From Bacteroidales bacterium (GTDB lineage Bacteria > Bacteroidota > Bacteroidia > Bacteroidales > VadinHA17): a stretch of 64,000 nt of DNA. The stretch's first letter is position 1. Each line of letters opens with the position of its first letter. This document shows positions 11,201 through 19,161 of this stretch, piece by piece. The stretch spans positions 2,938-66,937 of the forward strand of contig JANYIW010000100.1 in NCBI GenBank assembly GCA_025358645.1, given 5' to 3'. The position numbers and the translations under genes are program-made. The notes under the pieces are model-generated. The model did no database searches. It was given only the letters and a program-made list of their open reading frames with translations, and was not told where the DNA came from.

Positions 11201-12431
11201 AAAACTTTATAATCTGGAAGACAAAAAGATTTATGAGGTAAAAACAAATCTTAAAAAGAAACTGTTTTCAAATATAAGAAAAAGACTTCAGACAGATATG
11301 ATCGAAAAGCATGTCAGTCCTCATACTCTGTTAAGTATCAGTAGTCATCTGGATGAAAAGGCTCTTACTATAGGTTTTGCAAGGCGCTTTGCTACTTATA
11401 AGAGAGCATCACTGCTTTTCCGTGATCTTGACAGACTTGCACGTATAGTTAATAATCCAGGGAAACCGGTACAGTTTATTTATGCCGGGAAAGCACATCC
11501 CAATGACGGCGGCGGCAAGGATCTGATAAAAAAAGTTTTCGAAATTTCACAGATGCCGGAGTTTGCCGGGAAAGTAATATTCCTTGAGAATTATGATATT
11601 GAGATGGCAAAGTACCTTACAAGAGGTGTCGATATCTGGCTTAATACACCTACAAGACCTCTTGAAGCCTCAGGGACAAGTGGCGAAAAAGCAGTTATGA
11701 ACGGGACGATCCACTTCAGTGTTCTTGACGGATGGTGGGTTGAAGGATACCGGGCATTTGCAGGTTGGGCATTACCAAAGAAAAGAACTTATGAAAATCA
11801 GGATCTTCAGGATGAAATTGATGCTGAAACTATTTATAATATGCTTGAATTTGAGATAGTTCCGGCGTACTATTCTTTTAATGATAAGGGTATTCCTTCT
11901 GAGTGGGTAAGCCTCATTAAAAATACTATGGTAAAAATTGCTCCTGAATTTACCATGAAAAGGATGATTGACGACTACTATGAAAAATATTATTTTAAAC
12001 TTTTTAACCGAAATAAATATCTCATAGATAACAACTTTGAGAAGGCAAAAGAACTGGCAGCCTGGAAGAAAACCATGAAAGACGAATGGGATAATATTGA
12101 AGTCTTAAGTTATAGTTTTGAAAGGGCAGCAGTGAATGTATACCGATCAGGTCATGATTACAGAGCAGAAATTGCACTTGATGTAAAGAAGATTCCGAAA
12201 GAAAACGTTGGTGTGGAATTCATTATCACCCACATGAGCAAAAGTGGCGAACATGAATTTGTTGCCAGTGAAGAATTTAAATTAATCAGCTGTAAGAGTG
12301 GTATGTGTCTATACAGGGCTAGTCTTGTGCCTGAAAAAGCGGGGTCTTTTTTCTATGGGATACGCATCTACCCGAAACACAAAGATCTTCCACATAAGCA
12401 GGACTTCTACTTGTTACGATGGATTGATTAA
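8208..12431 (+). CDS. Fusion protein: GT3 (eukaryote-type) glycogen synthase N-terminal half + GT35 alpha-glucan phosphorylase C-terminal half
   Basis: First ATG is 8208 (the track uses TTG 8202). N-terminal half: FETSWEVCNKVGGIHTV, YEPWGYTPLES. The junction is near nt 9840-9900. C-terminal half: LANNLWWSWN, HSNEGHSAF, RRFATYKR, AGKAHPND, and the PLP-lysine block TRPLEASGTSGEKAVMNG. Confidence 0.85.
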   Translation: MKVEFIFETSWEVCNKVGGIHTVISTKALKIVNELGDKYILIGPDVWREDVTNPEFIPDESLFAEWKAIAASEGLRVKTGRWNISGKPIVILIDFTPYFGQQNEIFAGFWETFKLDSITGQWDYVEPALFGYAAGKMIESFSTFYHEHHNTIAQFHEWMTGTGILYLKKYAPWVATSFTTHATVLGRSIAGNNRPLYGKMEEYNPAQIAREFNVVAKQSLEKISAAEADVFTTVSKITSRECQHFLGKEVDFVTPNGFEDSFVPADDIFEGRRQVAREKLLSVAEAVLGYPVAVDCVLVVNSGRYEFRNKGVDILIDSLGEMQKKGNIEKECIAFFLIPAYHKGPRQDIMDILYNNGPGNGGDRYLTHSLHYPATDPVLQRVVANELNNDQKSKVKIIFVPCYLNGNDGIFNMPYFDLLIGFDLSVFPSYYEPWGYTPLESLMFSIPTVTTSLSGFGLWVRTYFENPGNGISVIERTDDNEIEVIAEIWGFMAKFISLNEMELKAAREKAHAISRIALWDNLVNYYFNAYEHALAQSNERREEPREFVRFIESAGIHIRKPHQVPVWKDIYVQSDVPEKLASLKNLANNLWWSWNTESETLFKRMDPSLWDEVKHNPKLLLEKIDYKRLLVLEDDDDFVAELKHVNEIFKAHTDRPDNTALPSIAYFSMEFGIHPCLKIYSGGLGILAGDYLKEASDSNLNITGVGLLYRYGYFKQKLGPRGEQIPVYEAEEFSRLPVNPVKDSKGNHLYVSLVWPGRTVKIRVWEAMVGKVRLVLLDTDFDDNLPEDRTVTHYLYGGDNENRLRQELILGIGGIRALVAMGLKPDIYHSNEGHSAFISLERLRGLINDQHLTFNQALEAVRSSTLFTTHTPVPAGHDAFEEDLLRKYISHYHSRLTISWGELMALGQCEGDSDKKFNMSYLAARMSQEVNGVSKLHGEVSQGMFNKLWPGYLKEELFIGYVTNGVHHPTWTAPEWREVYRELTGNINFDQTDRSLWEKLYNLEDKKIYEVKTNLKKKLFSNIRKRLQTDMIEKHVSPHTLLSISSHLDEKALTIGFARRFATYKRASLLFRDLDRLARIVNNPGKPVQFIYAGKAHPNDGGGKDLIKKVFEISQMPEFAGKVIFLENYDIEMAKYLTRGVDIWLNTPTRPLEASGTSGEKAVMNGTIHFSVLDGWWVEGYRAFAGWALPKKRTYENQDLQDEIDAETIYNMLEFEIVPAYYSFNDKGIPSEWVSLIKNTMVKIAPEFTMKRMIDDYYEKYYFKLFNRNKYLIDNNFEKAKELAAWKKTMKDEWDNIEVLSYSFERAAVNVYRSGHDYRAEIALDVKKIPKENVGVEFIITHMSKSGEHEFVASEEFKLISCKSGMCLYRASLVPEKAGSFFYGIRIYPKHKDLPHKQDFYLLRWID

Positions 12432-14455
12432 ATATCATTTGCCCGACGTACAGGTTCTTTTTTAAATACAAGGGCAGTTCTTGCAGGCAGATAAAGGTAA
12501 AGGTATAAAGGAGCATTAATAATGTTCCTTTCTGCTTTTCTTATTGAGATGTAGATTGTTTTCCTGTCTATTCTGTTGAAGCCTCCAAACGCCGGGTCAT
12601 CCGTATCAAGTATAATCCTGAACTTTCCGGTAACCGGTATTCCGTAATCAGTAAAAGAAGTATTTGGATGAAAGTTGAAAACAAATAGTAATTCCCCTCT
12701 CATGTAAGCAACAACTTTATCGGCATTATTTTCATATATCCTGTTAACAGACAAATCATCCAGGAATTTGAAGTCAGTCTGTAGTTTTACCATCTTTCGG
12801 TCGAACATATCCAGGTTGTAGTATTTAAGATCTTTGTTTTCTGCAAGCTCCCATTGACGTCGTGCATATTTAAAACTCCAGTTATTTCCTTCACGCGGAA
12901 AGTCTATCCATTCGGGATGACCAAATTCATTTCCCATAAAGTTCAGGTAACCTCCTCCGGAAGTGCTGAAGGTGATAAGTCTTATCATCTTGTGCAACGC
13001 AATTCCGCGGTCCACTACAATACTGTGATAGGATTTGTTCATTCCCAGGTACATTTCTGCATCTATCATTCTGAAAATAAGAGTTTTATCTCCGACAAGT
13101 GCCTGGTCATGCGATTCACAGTATGATATTATCTTCTCTTCAGGTCGATGTTGAGTCAGTTCATAGAGCAACTTTCCCATATCCCAGTTTTCATCAAATG
13201 TTTCTTTTACCAGTTTAATCCAGAAATCAGGAACTCCCATAGATAGCCTGAAATTGAATCCATATCCTTTCTTTTCGTTTTCAGAAGCTAATCCCGGCAT
13301 GCCGCTCATCTCTTCGGCTATGGTGAGCGCCTCTGGTTTGTACTTATGGATCAGCTTATTGGCAAGAAAAAGATAAACAAGTGCATCTTCATCCTGATTG
13401 CCATCGAAGTATTCATTATAAGATGTAAAATTCTTTTCGAGTCCGTGATCATAATAGATCATACTTGTAATTCCATCGAACCTGAATCCATCAAATTTGT
13501 ACTCTTCGAGCCAGTAACGACAGTTGGAGAGCAGGAAGTGAATTACATTGTCCTTACCATAGTCGAAACACAAAGAATCCCAGGCTATGTGATTTCTTCT
13601 TTCATTTGAATGAAAATACTGGCCCAGGGATCCATCCAACAGACCCAATCCTTCATTAACATTCTTAACTGAATGTGAGTGGACAAGGTCCATAATTACC
13701 CTCAGACCTTCCAAATGGGCTTTATCAACCAGTTCCTTCAGATCTTCAGGTGTTCCGAATCTTGATGAGGCAGCAAAAAAACTTGAAACATGATATCCGA
13801 AAGATCCGTAAAAGGGATGTTCCTGAATAGCCATCAGTTGTATTGTATTGTATCCGGATTTCTTTATTATAGGGATAATATTTTCAGTAAATTCACGATA
13901 AGTTCCAATTTTCTCTTGTGAAGTTGCCATTCCAATATGGGCCTCATAGATCACGGGAGCATGATAGGCCGGGGTAAAAGAATCACATTTCCAGGAATAG
14001 TTATTCTTTGGTTGCCATACCTGTGCGTTGAATATTTTTGTTTTCTCGTCCTGAACCAAATGGTTAGCGTAAGCAGGAATCCGCTCTCCTTTTCCTCCTT
14101 CCCAGTGAATAGAAAGCTTGTAAAGGTCACCATGTTTAAGTGTCTCGGGTGGCAGGAATATCTCCCAGTCTCCCATTGAGTTGATCCTCTTCATCATGAA
14201 TTCCTTCTTCTCTTTCCATTCTGTAAAAACTCCGATAACAAAAATGTTATTTGCATTTGGAGCCCATTCCCTGAAAACCCAGGAATCGCTGTTGCGGTGC
14301 AGTCCGTAATAATAATGCCCCATAGAGAAATCACAAAGTGTCCCATTGCCAACCAGTTGCTTCTCCTTTAGAAGGCATTTCGCTATACGTCTGTCGATGA
14401 CATCCGTAAAGGGATTCAACCAGGGGTCGGACAGATAGAAACTCGTTGTATTCAT
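12428..14455 (-). CDS. glgB: 1,4-alpha-glucan branching enzyme (GH13)
   Basis: First ATG is 14455 (the track uses TTG 14467). GH13 regions: DLVHSHS, DGFRFDGITSM, IAEEMSG, YCESHDQ. Confidence 0.85.
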   Translation of the reverse strand: MNTTSFYLSDPWLNPFTDVIDRRIAKCLLKEKQLVGNGTLCDFSMGHYYYGLHRNSDSWVFREWAPNANNIFVIGVFTEWKEKKEFMMKRINSMGDWEIFLPPETLKHGDLYKLSIHWEGGKGERIPAYANHLVQDEKTKIFNAQVWQPKNNYSWKCDSFTPAYHAPVIYEAHIGMATSQEKIGTYREFTENIIPIIKKSGYNTIQLMAIQEHPFYGSFGYHVSSFFAASSRFGTPEDLKELVDKAHLEGLRVIMDLVHSHSVKNVNEGLGLLDGSLGQYFHSNERRNHIAWDSLCFDYGKDNVIHFLLSNCRYWLEEYKFDGFRFDGITSMIYYDHGLEKNFTSYNEYFDGNQDEDALVYLFLANKLIHKYKPEALTIAEEMSGMPGLASENEKKGYGFNFRLSMGVPDFWIKLVKETFDENWDMGKLLYELTQHRPEEKIISYCESHDQALVGDKTLIFRMIDAEMYLGMNKSYHSIVVDRGIALHKMIRLITFSTSGGGYLNFMGNEFGHPEWIDFPREGNNWSFKYARRQWELAENKDLKYYNLDMFDRKMVKLQTDFKFLDDLSVNRIYENNADKVVAYMRGELLFVFNFHPNTSFTDYGIPVTGKFRIILDTDDPAFGGFNRIDRKTIYISIRKAERNIINAPLYLYLYLPARTALVFKKEPVRRANDI

Positions 14456-14535
14456 GATGATTGGCAAAATTGAATATCTTTCTATAAAAGTACGAAAACT
14501 AAATCATTTATTAGGTTCATATCCATGGGCTTTAT

Positions 14536-14543
14536 TAATTTTG
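14536..14543 (+). promoter_or_regulatory. -7 promoter box (TAnnTTTG) upstream of ribF
   Basis: TAATTTTG ends 18 nt before ATG 14562. Confidence 0.35.
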
Positions 14544-14561
14544 CAGACATAACTTTAAGGT

Positions 14562-15491
14562 ATGGTAATTCATGACGGATATGAAAATCTTAATCTGATT
14601 TCTCCGGTAGCAACTCTTGGAATCTTTGACGGTGTTCACAGGGGCCATAAGGCGCTGCTTGATTTTTTAATATCACGCGCAAGATCGATAAAAGGGGAAT
14701 CTGTTGTTATTACGTTTTCACCTCATCCAAGGTTGGTACTGGAAAAAAATAATATAAATCTCTCCTTCCTTACAACAATGGAGGAGAAAAAAGTGCTTCT
14801 TGAAAATGCAAATATTGACCATCTGATTGTAATACAGTTCAACAACGAGTTTAGTAGGATTCCGGCATGTGATTTTATTAAAGATATCCTCGTTGGAAAG
14901 ATTGGAACAAAACATCTTATTGTCGGATATAATCATCACTTCGGGAAACGTGGAGAAGGAGATTTTAATACTATAAAACGATGTTCAGAGGAGCATGCGT
15001 TGGCAGTTGAACAGGTTCAGGGCTTTCAAACAGAAGAGGGAGCCATCAGTTCCTCTTCAATTCGTGAAGCTTTATTAAAAGGGAAAATTGATGAAGCGAA
15101 CAGATGGCTTGGATATTCTTATTCTGTAAGCGGTACTGTTATTGAAGGACGAAGAATCGGTCGCTCTATTGGATTTCCAACTGCAAATATTAAGCCTGAT
15201 TCTCAATATAAATTAATTCCCGGAAACGGAGTTTATGTTGTAGAAGTTAAACTCGGAAATAAAATCTTTCCGGGAATGCTGAGCATCGGTTCCAATCCAA
15301 CCGTGAATGAGGATATCAGATTCAGGAGTATTGAAGTTCATATACTCAACTTTGATAAGGATATTTATGGGAAAAAAATCTCAGTTATATTCAGGAAAAA
15401 ACTGAGAGATGAGAAAAAATTTGACGATTTAAAAAAGTTGACAGAACAGATGATACTTGATAAACACGATACACTGAGATTTTTAACCTGA
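14562..15491 (+). CDS. ribF: Bifunctional riboflavin kinase / FAD synthetase
   Basis: 309 aa with GIFDGVHRGH (nucleotidyltransferase) and a C-terminal kinase block GRRIGRSIGFPTAN. Confidence 0.9.
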   Translation: MVIHDGYENLNLISPVATLGIFDGVHRGHKALLDFLISRARSIKGESVVITFSPHPRLVLEKNNINLSFLTTMEEKKVLLENANIDHLIVIQFNNEFSRIPACDFIKDILVGKIGTKHLIVGYNHHFGKRGEGDFNTIKRCSEEHALAVEQVQGFQTEEGAISSSSIREALLKGKIDEANRWLGYSYSVSGTVIEGRRIGRSIGFPTANIKPDSQYKLIPGNGVYVVEVKLGNKIFPGMLSIGSNPTVNEDIRFRSIEVHILNFDKDIYGKKISVIFRKKLRDEKKFDDLKKLTEQMILDKHDTLRFLT

Positions 15492-15511
15492 AAAATTAAA
15501 ATTTATTTTAT

Positions 15512-15519
15512 TAACTTTG
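15512..15519 (+). promoter_or_regulatory. -7 promoter box upstream of ahcY
   Basis: TAACTTTG ends 23 nt before ATG 15543. Confidence 0.4.
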
Positions 15520-15542
15520 TCCTCTCAAAAATAATCTGAATT

Positions 15543-16958
15543 ATGAATGTAACAGTTGATAAGAAGCAATACAAGGTAAAAGATATTTCGCTTGCAGAAT
15601 TTGGCAGAAAAGAGATCGAAATTGCAGAAAAAGAGATGCCGGGTTTACTGGCAATAAGGAAGAAATATTATTCTGAACAACCTTTAAAGGGTGCACGAAT
15701 CACAGGTTCGCTTCATATGACTATTCAGACTGCTGTGCTTATTGAGACTCTGGCTGAACTTGGCGCTGATGTAAGGTGGGCCAGTTGTAATATTTTCTCA
15801 ACTCAGGATCATGCCGCTGCTGCTATAGCTGCCAGAGGAATACCGGTCTTCGCATGGAAGGGAGAATCCCTTGAAGAGTATTGGTGGTGTACAGCACAGG
15901 CACTTTCATTTCCGGGAGGGAAAGGACCTAACCTTTTGGTAGATGACGGTGGCGATGCTTCATTGATGGTTCATCTTGGATTTAAAGCTGAAAAGACACC
16001 GGAGATACTTAATAAGAAGCCTGCCAACAGGGAAGAAGCAATTATTTTTTCCACACTTAAAGATATTCTCGTAAAAGAACCCGGGAAATGGCATCGTACC
16101 GTTAGTGAACTTAAGGGAATATCGGAAGAAACCACCACCGGAGTACACAGATTATATCAGATGCTGGAAAATGGTGAATTGCTGGTACCGGCAATTAATG
16201 TTAATGATTCTGTTACAAAATCAAAATTCGACAATCTGTACGGATGTCGTGAGTCACTGGCAGATGGAATAAAAAGAGCAACCGATGTTATGCTGGCAGG
16301 TAAAGTAGTTGTTGTTTGCGGATACGGTGATGTGGGAAAAGGGTGTGCAAAATCGATGAAATCCTACGGATCCAGGGTTATCGTTACAGAAATAGATCCT
16401 ATATGCGCATTGCAGGCATCAATGGAAGGATTTGAAGTTAAAACAGTTGAAGACACTCTCAATGAGGGGAATATCTTTGTAACGGCTACAGGGAATAAGG
16501 ATATTATAACCCTTGATCACATGATGAAAATGAAAGATCAGGCTATCGTTTGCAACATTGGTCATTTCGATAATGAGATACAGATTGACAACCTGAATGA
16601 ACTTAAGGGAATTGAAAAAATTAATATTAAGCCACAGGTAGATAAATATCTTTTCGCCGACGGACATGCAATTTTTATTCTTGCTGAGGGAAGACTCGTG
16701 AATCTTGGCTGTGCTACCGGACATCCTTCATTTGTAATGAGTAACTCATTCAGTAATCAGACACTTGCACAGATTGATCTCTGGAAAAACAAATATGAGA
16801 TAGGGGTTTACAGGCTCCCAAAATATCTCGATGAGGAGGTTGCCCGGTTACATCTCGACCAACTCGGAGTTAAGCTCACAAAACTTACAAAGGAACAATC
16901 TGATTATATCGGAGTAGCTAAGGCCGGACCTTATAAACCGGATCATTACAGATATTAA
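15543..16958 (+). CDS. ahcY: Adenosylhomocysteinase
   Basis: 471 aa with [12 protein letters not shown] and the NAD-binding block [12 protein letters not shown]. Confidence 0.95.
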   Translation: MNVTVDKKQYKVKDISLAEFGRKEIEIAEKEMPGLLAIRKKYYSEQPLKGARITGSLHMTIQTAVLIETLAELGADVRWASCNIFSTQDHAAAAIAARGIPVFAWKGESLEEYWWCTAQALSFPGGKGPNLLVDDGGDASLMVHLGFKAEKTPEILNKKPANREEAIIFSTLKDILVKEPGKWHRTVSELKGISEETTTGVHRLYQMLENGELLVPAINVNDSVTKSKFDNLYGCRESLADGIKRATDVMLAGKVVVVCGYGDVGKGCAKSMKSYGSRVIVTEIDPICALQASMEGFEVKTVEDTLNEGNIFVTATGNKDIITLDHMMKMKDQAIVCNIGHFDNEIQIDNLNELKGIEKINIKPQVDKYLFADGHAIFILAEGRLVNLGCATGHPSFVMSNSFSNQTLAQIDLWKNKYEIGVYRLPKYLDEEVARLHLDQLGVKLTKLTKEQSDYIGVAKAGPYKPDHYRY

Positions 16959-16965
16959 GCTTATT

Positions 16966-17442
16966 TCAGTTCGATACAATCACATAGTTGCCCTGCAAAC
17001 TGGTTCTGTAGTTTTTCAGAGGATACCTTCCAATCCCCGACGCGGGAGTGCCCCCAACTGTAAGTCCGTATTTTGTTCCACATTTAGGGCAGATGGCAAT
17101 TGTTGAATTTGATTTGTCAATATTTACCTTAATGCTCAGATTATTAACAACATAATCGTGAGGACAAGTACGGTCGTAAGCGTAAAACTCCTCGACTCCA
17201 AAACAAATGATTATACCATTACCATTATATCCGGCAGCGCCTATTCCCCAGTTATTCGTACGGGAATCAACCGTGACTGAGCCTCCAAATCCACTCAGGT
17301 TACTAAACTCAGGATCATTCAGATTAAGAGTGAAATTCACATAAGTATATGGGATAACATCATTCTTTTTATTACATGAGTTAAGGGTGATGGCAAACAC
17401 CATTGTAATTAAAAAAAATCTTATTTTTGAATCGAAAACCAT
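16966..17442 (-). CDS. Small lipoprotein, possibly with a Rieske-like fold and an incomplete ligand set
   Basis: First ATG is 17442 (the track uses TTG 17463). Lipobox ITLNSC. CPH...(21 aa)...CPKCG resembles CxH...CxxH, but the second His is absent. Confidence 0.45.
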   Translation of the reverse strand: MVFDSKIRFFLITMVFAITLNSCNKKNDVIPYTYVNFTLNLNDPEFSNLSGFGGSVTVDSRTNNWGIGAAGYNGNGIIICFGVEEFYAYDRTCPHDYVVNNLSIKVNIDKSNSTIAICPKCGTKYGLTVGGTPASGIGRYPLKNYRTSLQGNYVIVSN

Positions 17443-17487
17443 CTGTAAATAATTAATGTGCAAAATTGAGTCCAGTCCGATAAGTCA

Positions 17488-17625
17488 TTTTACCTCTATC
17501 CCGATAGCTATCGGGACCCCTAAAGCCTGCCTGCCGCCTGCCTGCCGGTAGGCAGGGTAGGCAGGGGGACTTTTGTAAATCTTTGATTTTTAGCTTTTTC
17601 CCTTTAGGGATAAGGGTAAAAAAAA
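17488..17625. repeat. GC-rich nested palindromic intergenic element, copy A (core duplicated)
   Basis: Contains the perfect 18-bp palindrome TCCCGATAGCTATCGGGA (17499-17516). The 40-nt core CCTGCCTGCCgCCTGCCTGCC/GGTAGGCAGGGTAGGCAGG (17526-17565) has arms that pair with G.U wobbles. Inverted arms are TTTTACCTCTATCCC (left) and GGGATAAGGGTAAAA (right). Related to the copies at 43505-43580 and 46277-46307. Confidence 0.75.
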
Positions 17626-17724
17626 GATAAAAATCAATAAACTGACTTTTCTGAGTAGCCTCAAAGTTACAATTACCTTATGGAAATTAACGGAATTGAG
17701 AAAAGTTTATTGTAAGTTCTGAAA

Positions 17725-18105
17725 ATGAATAATTTATCTTTGAAAAAGTTTGTACTTCTCCTTTTTGTTTTAATACTTGCATCAGGATCGTCTGAGGCCC
17801 AGATATTTCATAAGAATCCGGAGAAACAATTATTCGGTAAATCTCATATAAATAAGAACGGACCAAAAGTTAAAGAGCCCGGGAAGGTACTCAAAGCTAA
17901 AAAGAAACAGGAAGCTAATGATCGTAAGCTTAAAAAAGATTCTGAGAAATCTGTAAAACGATCACAAAAAAGAACTGTAGACATTCAAACACCTGAAGTA
18001 CAGGCACGTATGAAAAAAAACAAAAAAGAAGTTATTATCCGCGATAAGGAAAATAAGAAAAAAGTGAAAGATGGTTCAAAAAGAGCAGGGAAAAAATATA
18101 ATTAA
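17725..18105 (+). CDS. Secreted, highly basic Lys-rich small protein of unknown function
   Basis: 126 aa with a signal peptide (LILASGSSEA/Q). The remainder is low-complexity and K/E/R-rich. Confidence 0.5.
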   Translation: MNNLSLKKFVLLLFVLILASGSSEAQIFHKNPEKQLFGKSHINKNGPKVKEPGKVLKAKKKQEANDRKLKKDSEKSVKRSQKRTVDIQTPEVQARMKKNKKEVIIRDKENKKKVKDGSKRAGKKYN

Positions 18106-18182
18106 TGTAGTGATCCTAAGGATAAATACTTGTAAAACACCTATTCACAAGATTATTATTTGTAAATAATTAAAAGATTTTA

Positions 18183-18190
18183 TACATTTG
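18183..18190 (+). promoter_or_regulatory. -7 promoter box upstream of greA
   Basis: TACATTTG ends 59 nt before ATG 18250. Confidence 0.35.
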
Positions 18191-18195
18191 TTCTT

Positions 18196-18234
18196 GAAGA
18201 GTTCCGGCAACCCCGGAATTCTTCTTATTTTTTT
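18196..18234 (+). terminator. Rho-independent terminator-like hairpin between the Lys-rich ORF and greA
   Basis: 12-bp stem GAAGAGTTCCGG/CCGGAATTCTTC (one G.U pair) with a 5-nt loop, followed by TTATTTTTTT. Confidence 0.6.
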
Positions 18235-18249
18235 AATATAATAGAGAAA

Positions 18250-18723
18250 ATGTCAGAGGTTATATATGTGACTGTAGAAGGTCTTCAGAAATTGAAAGAG
18301 GAACTCGATCAATTAAGAAATGTTGAGAGACCTTCAATCTCCAGGCAAATAGCTGAAGCAAGGGATAAAGGAGACCTTTCTGAAAACGCCGAGTACGCGG
18401 CGGCCAAAGAAGCACAGGGTATGCTTGAGTTAAGGATATCCAAGCTTGACGATATAGTGGCTCGTTCAAGAATTCTTGACGAGTCAAAAATTGATACCTC
18501 CTCTGTCAGGTTACTAAATAGGGTAAAGATCAGGAATAAGTCAAATAATTCAGTTATGGAATACCTGATTGTTCCAGAAAGTGAAGCAAATTTTAAACTT
18601 GGTAAAATTGCTATCAGTTCTCCAATTGCCCAGGGTCTTATCGGGAAGAAAGTCGGTGATATAGTACAGATTAAAGTGCCATCAGGGACAATTCCTTTTG
18701 AAATAATTTCCATTTCTATTTAG
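18250..18723 (+). CDS. greA: Transcription elongation factor GreA
   Basis: 157 aa with an N-terminal coiled coil and the block DLSENAEYAAAKE. Confidence 0.95.
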   Translation: MSEVIYVTVEGLQKLKEELDQLRNVERPSISRQIAEARDKGDLSENAEYAAAKEAQGMLELRISKLDDIVARSRILDESKIDTSSVRLLNRVKIRNKSNNSVMEYLIVPESEANFKLGKIAISSPIAQGLIGKKVGDIVQIKVPSGTIPFEIISISI

Positions 18724-18743
18724 CTATTCATTTCCTTTGGCTT

Positions 18744-19142
18744 ATGGCAACTGTTTTTTCAAAAATCATTAAAGGGGAAATCCCTTGTTATAAGATCGCT
18801 GAGTCTGATGACTATTTTGCAATACTTGATATCAACCCTTTACGCGCAGGCCACACATTGGTAATTCCCAAAAGGGAGATTGACTACATTTTCGATCTTG
18901 ATGATGTGTATTTAGCGGGTATGATGATTTTTTCGAAAAAAATTGCTGAGGCAATTAAAAGTGTGTTTCCCTGCAATCGTATAGGGGTAGCAATTCTTGG
19001 TCTTGAAGTGCCTCATGCTCATATACATCTTATACCTATGGATTCAATGGAGGATGTTAATTTCAAGAATCCAAAGCTTAAGTTCACTACTGAAGAATTC
19101 AAAGATATAGCGGCCAAAATAAGCCGCATGGTCATTCTTTAA
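18744..19142 (+). CDS. HIT-family (histidine triad) nucleotide hydrolase
   Basis: 132 aa with the histidine triad VPHAHIHLIP. Confidence 0.9.
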   Translation: MATVFSKIIKGEIPCYKIAESDDYFAILDINPLRAGHTLVIPKREIDYIFDLDDVYLAGMMIFSKKIAEAIKSVFPCNRIGVAILGLEVPHAHIHLIPMDSMEDVNFKNPKLKFTTEEFKDIAAKISRMVIL

Positions 19143-19161
19143 ATAGGATTGAACCTGCTGC

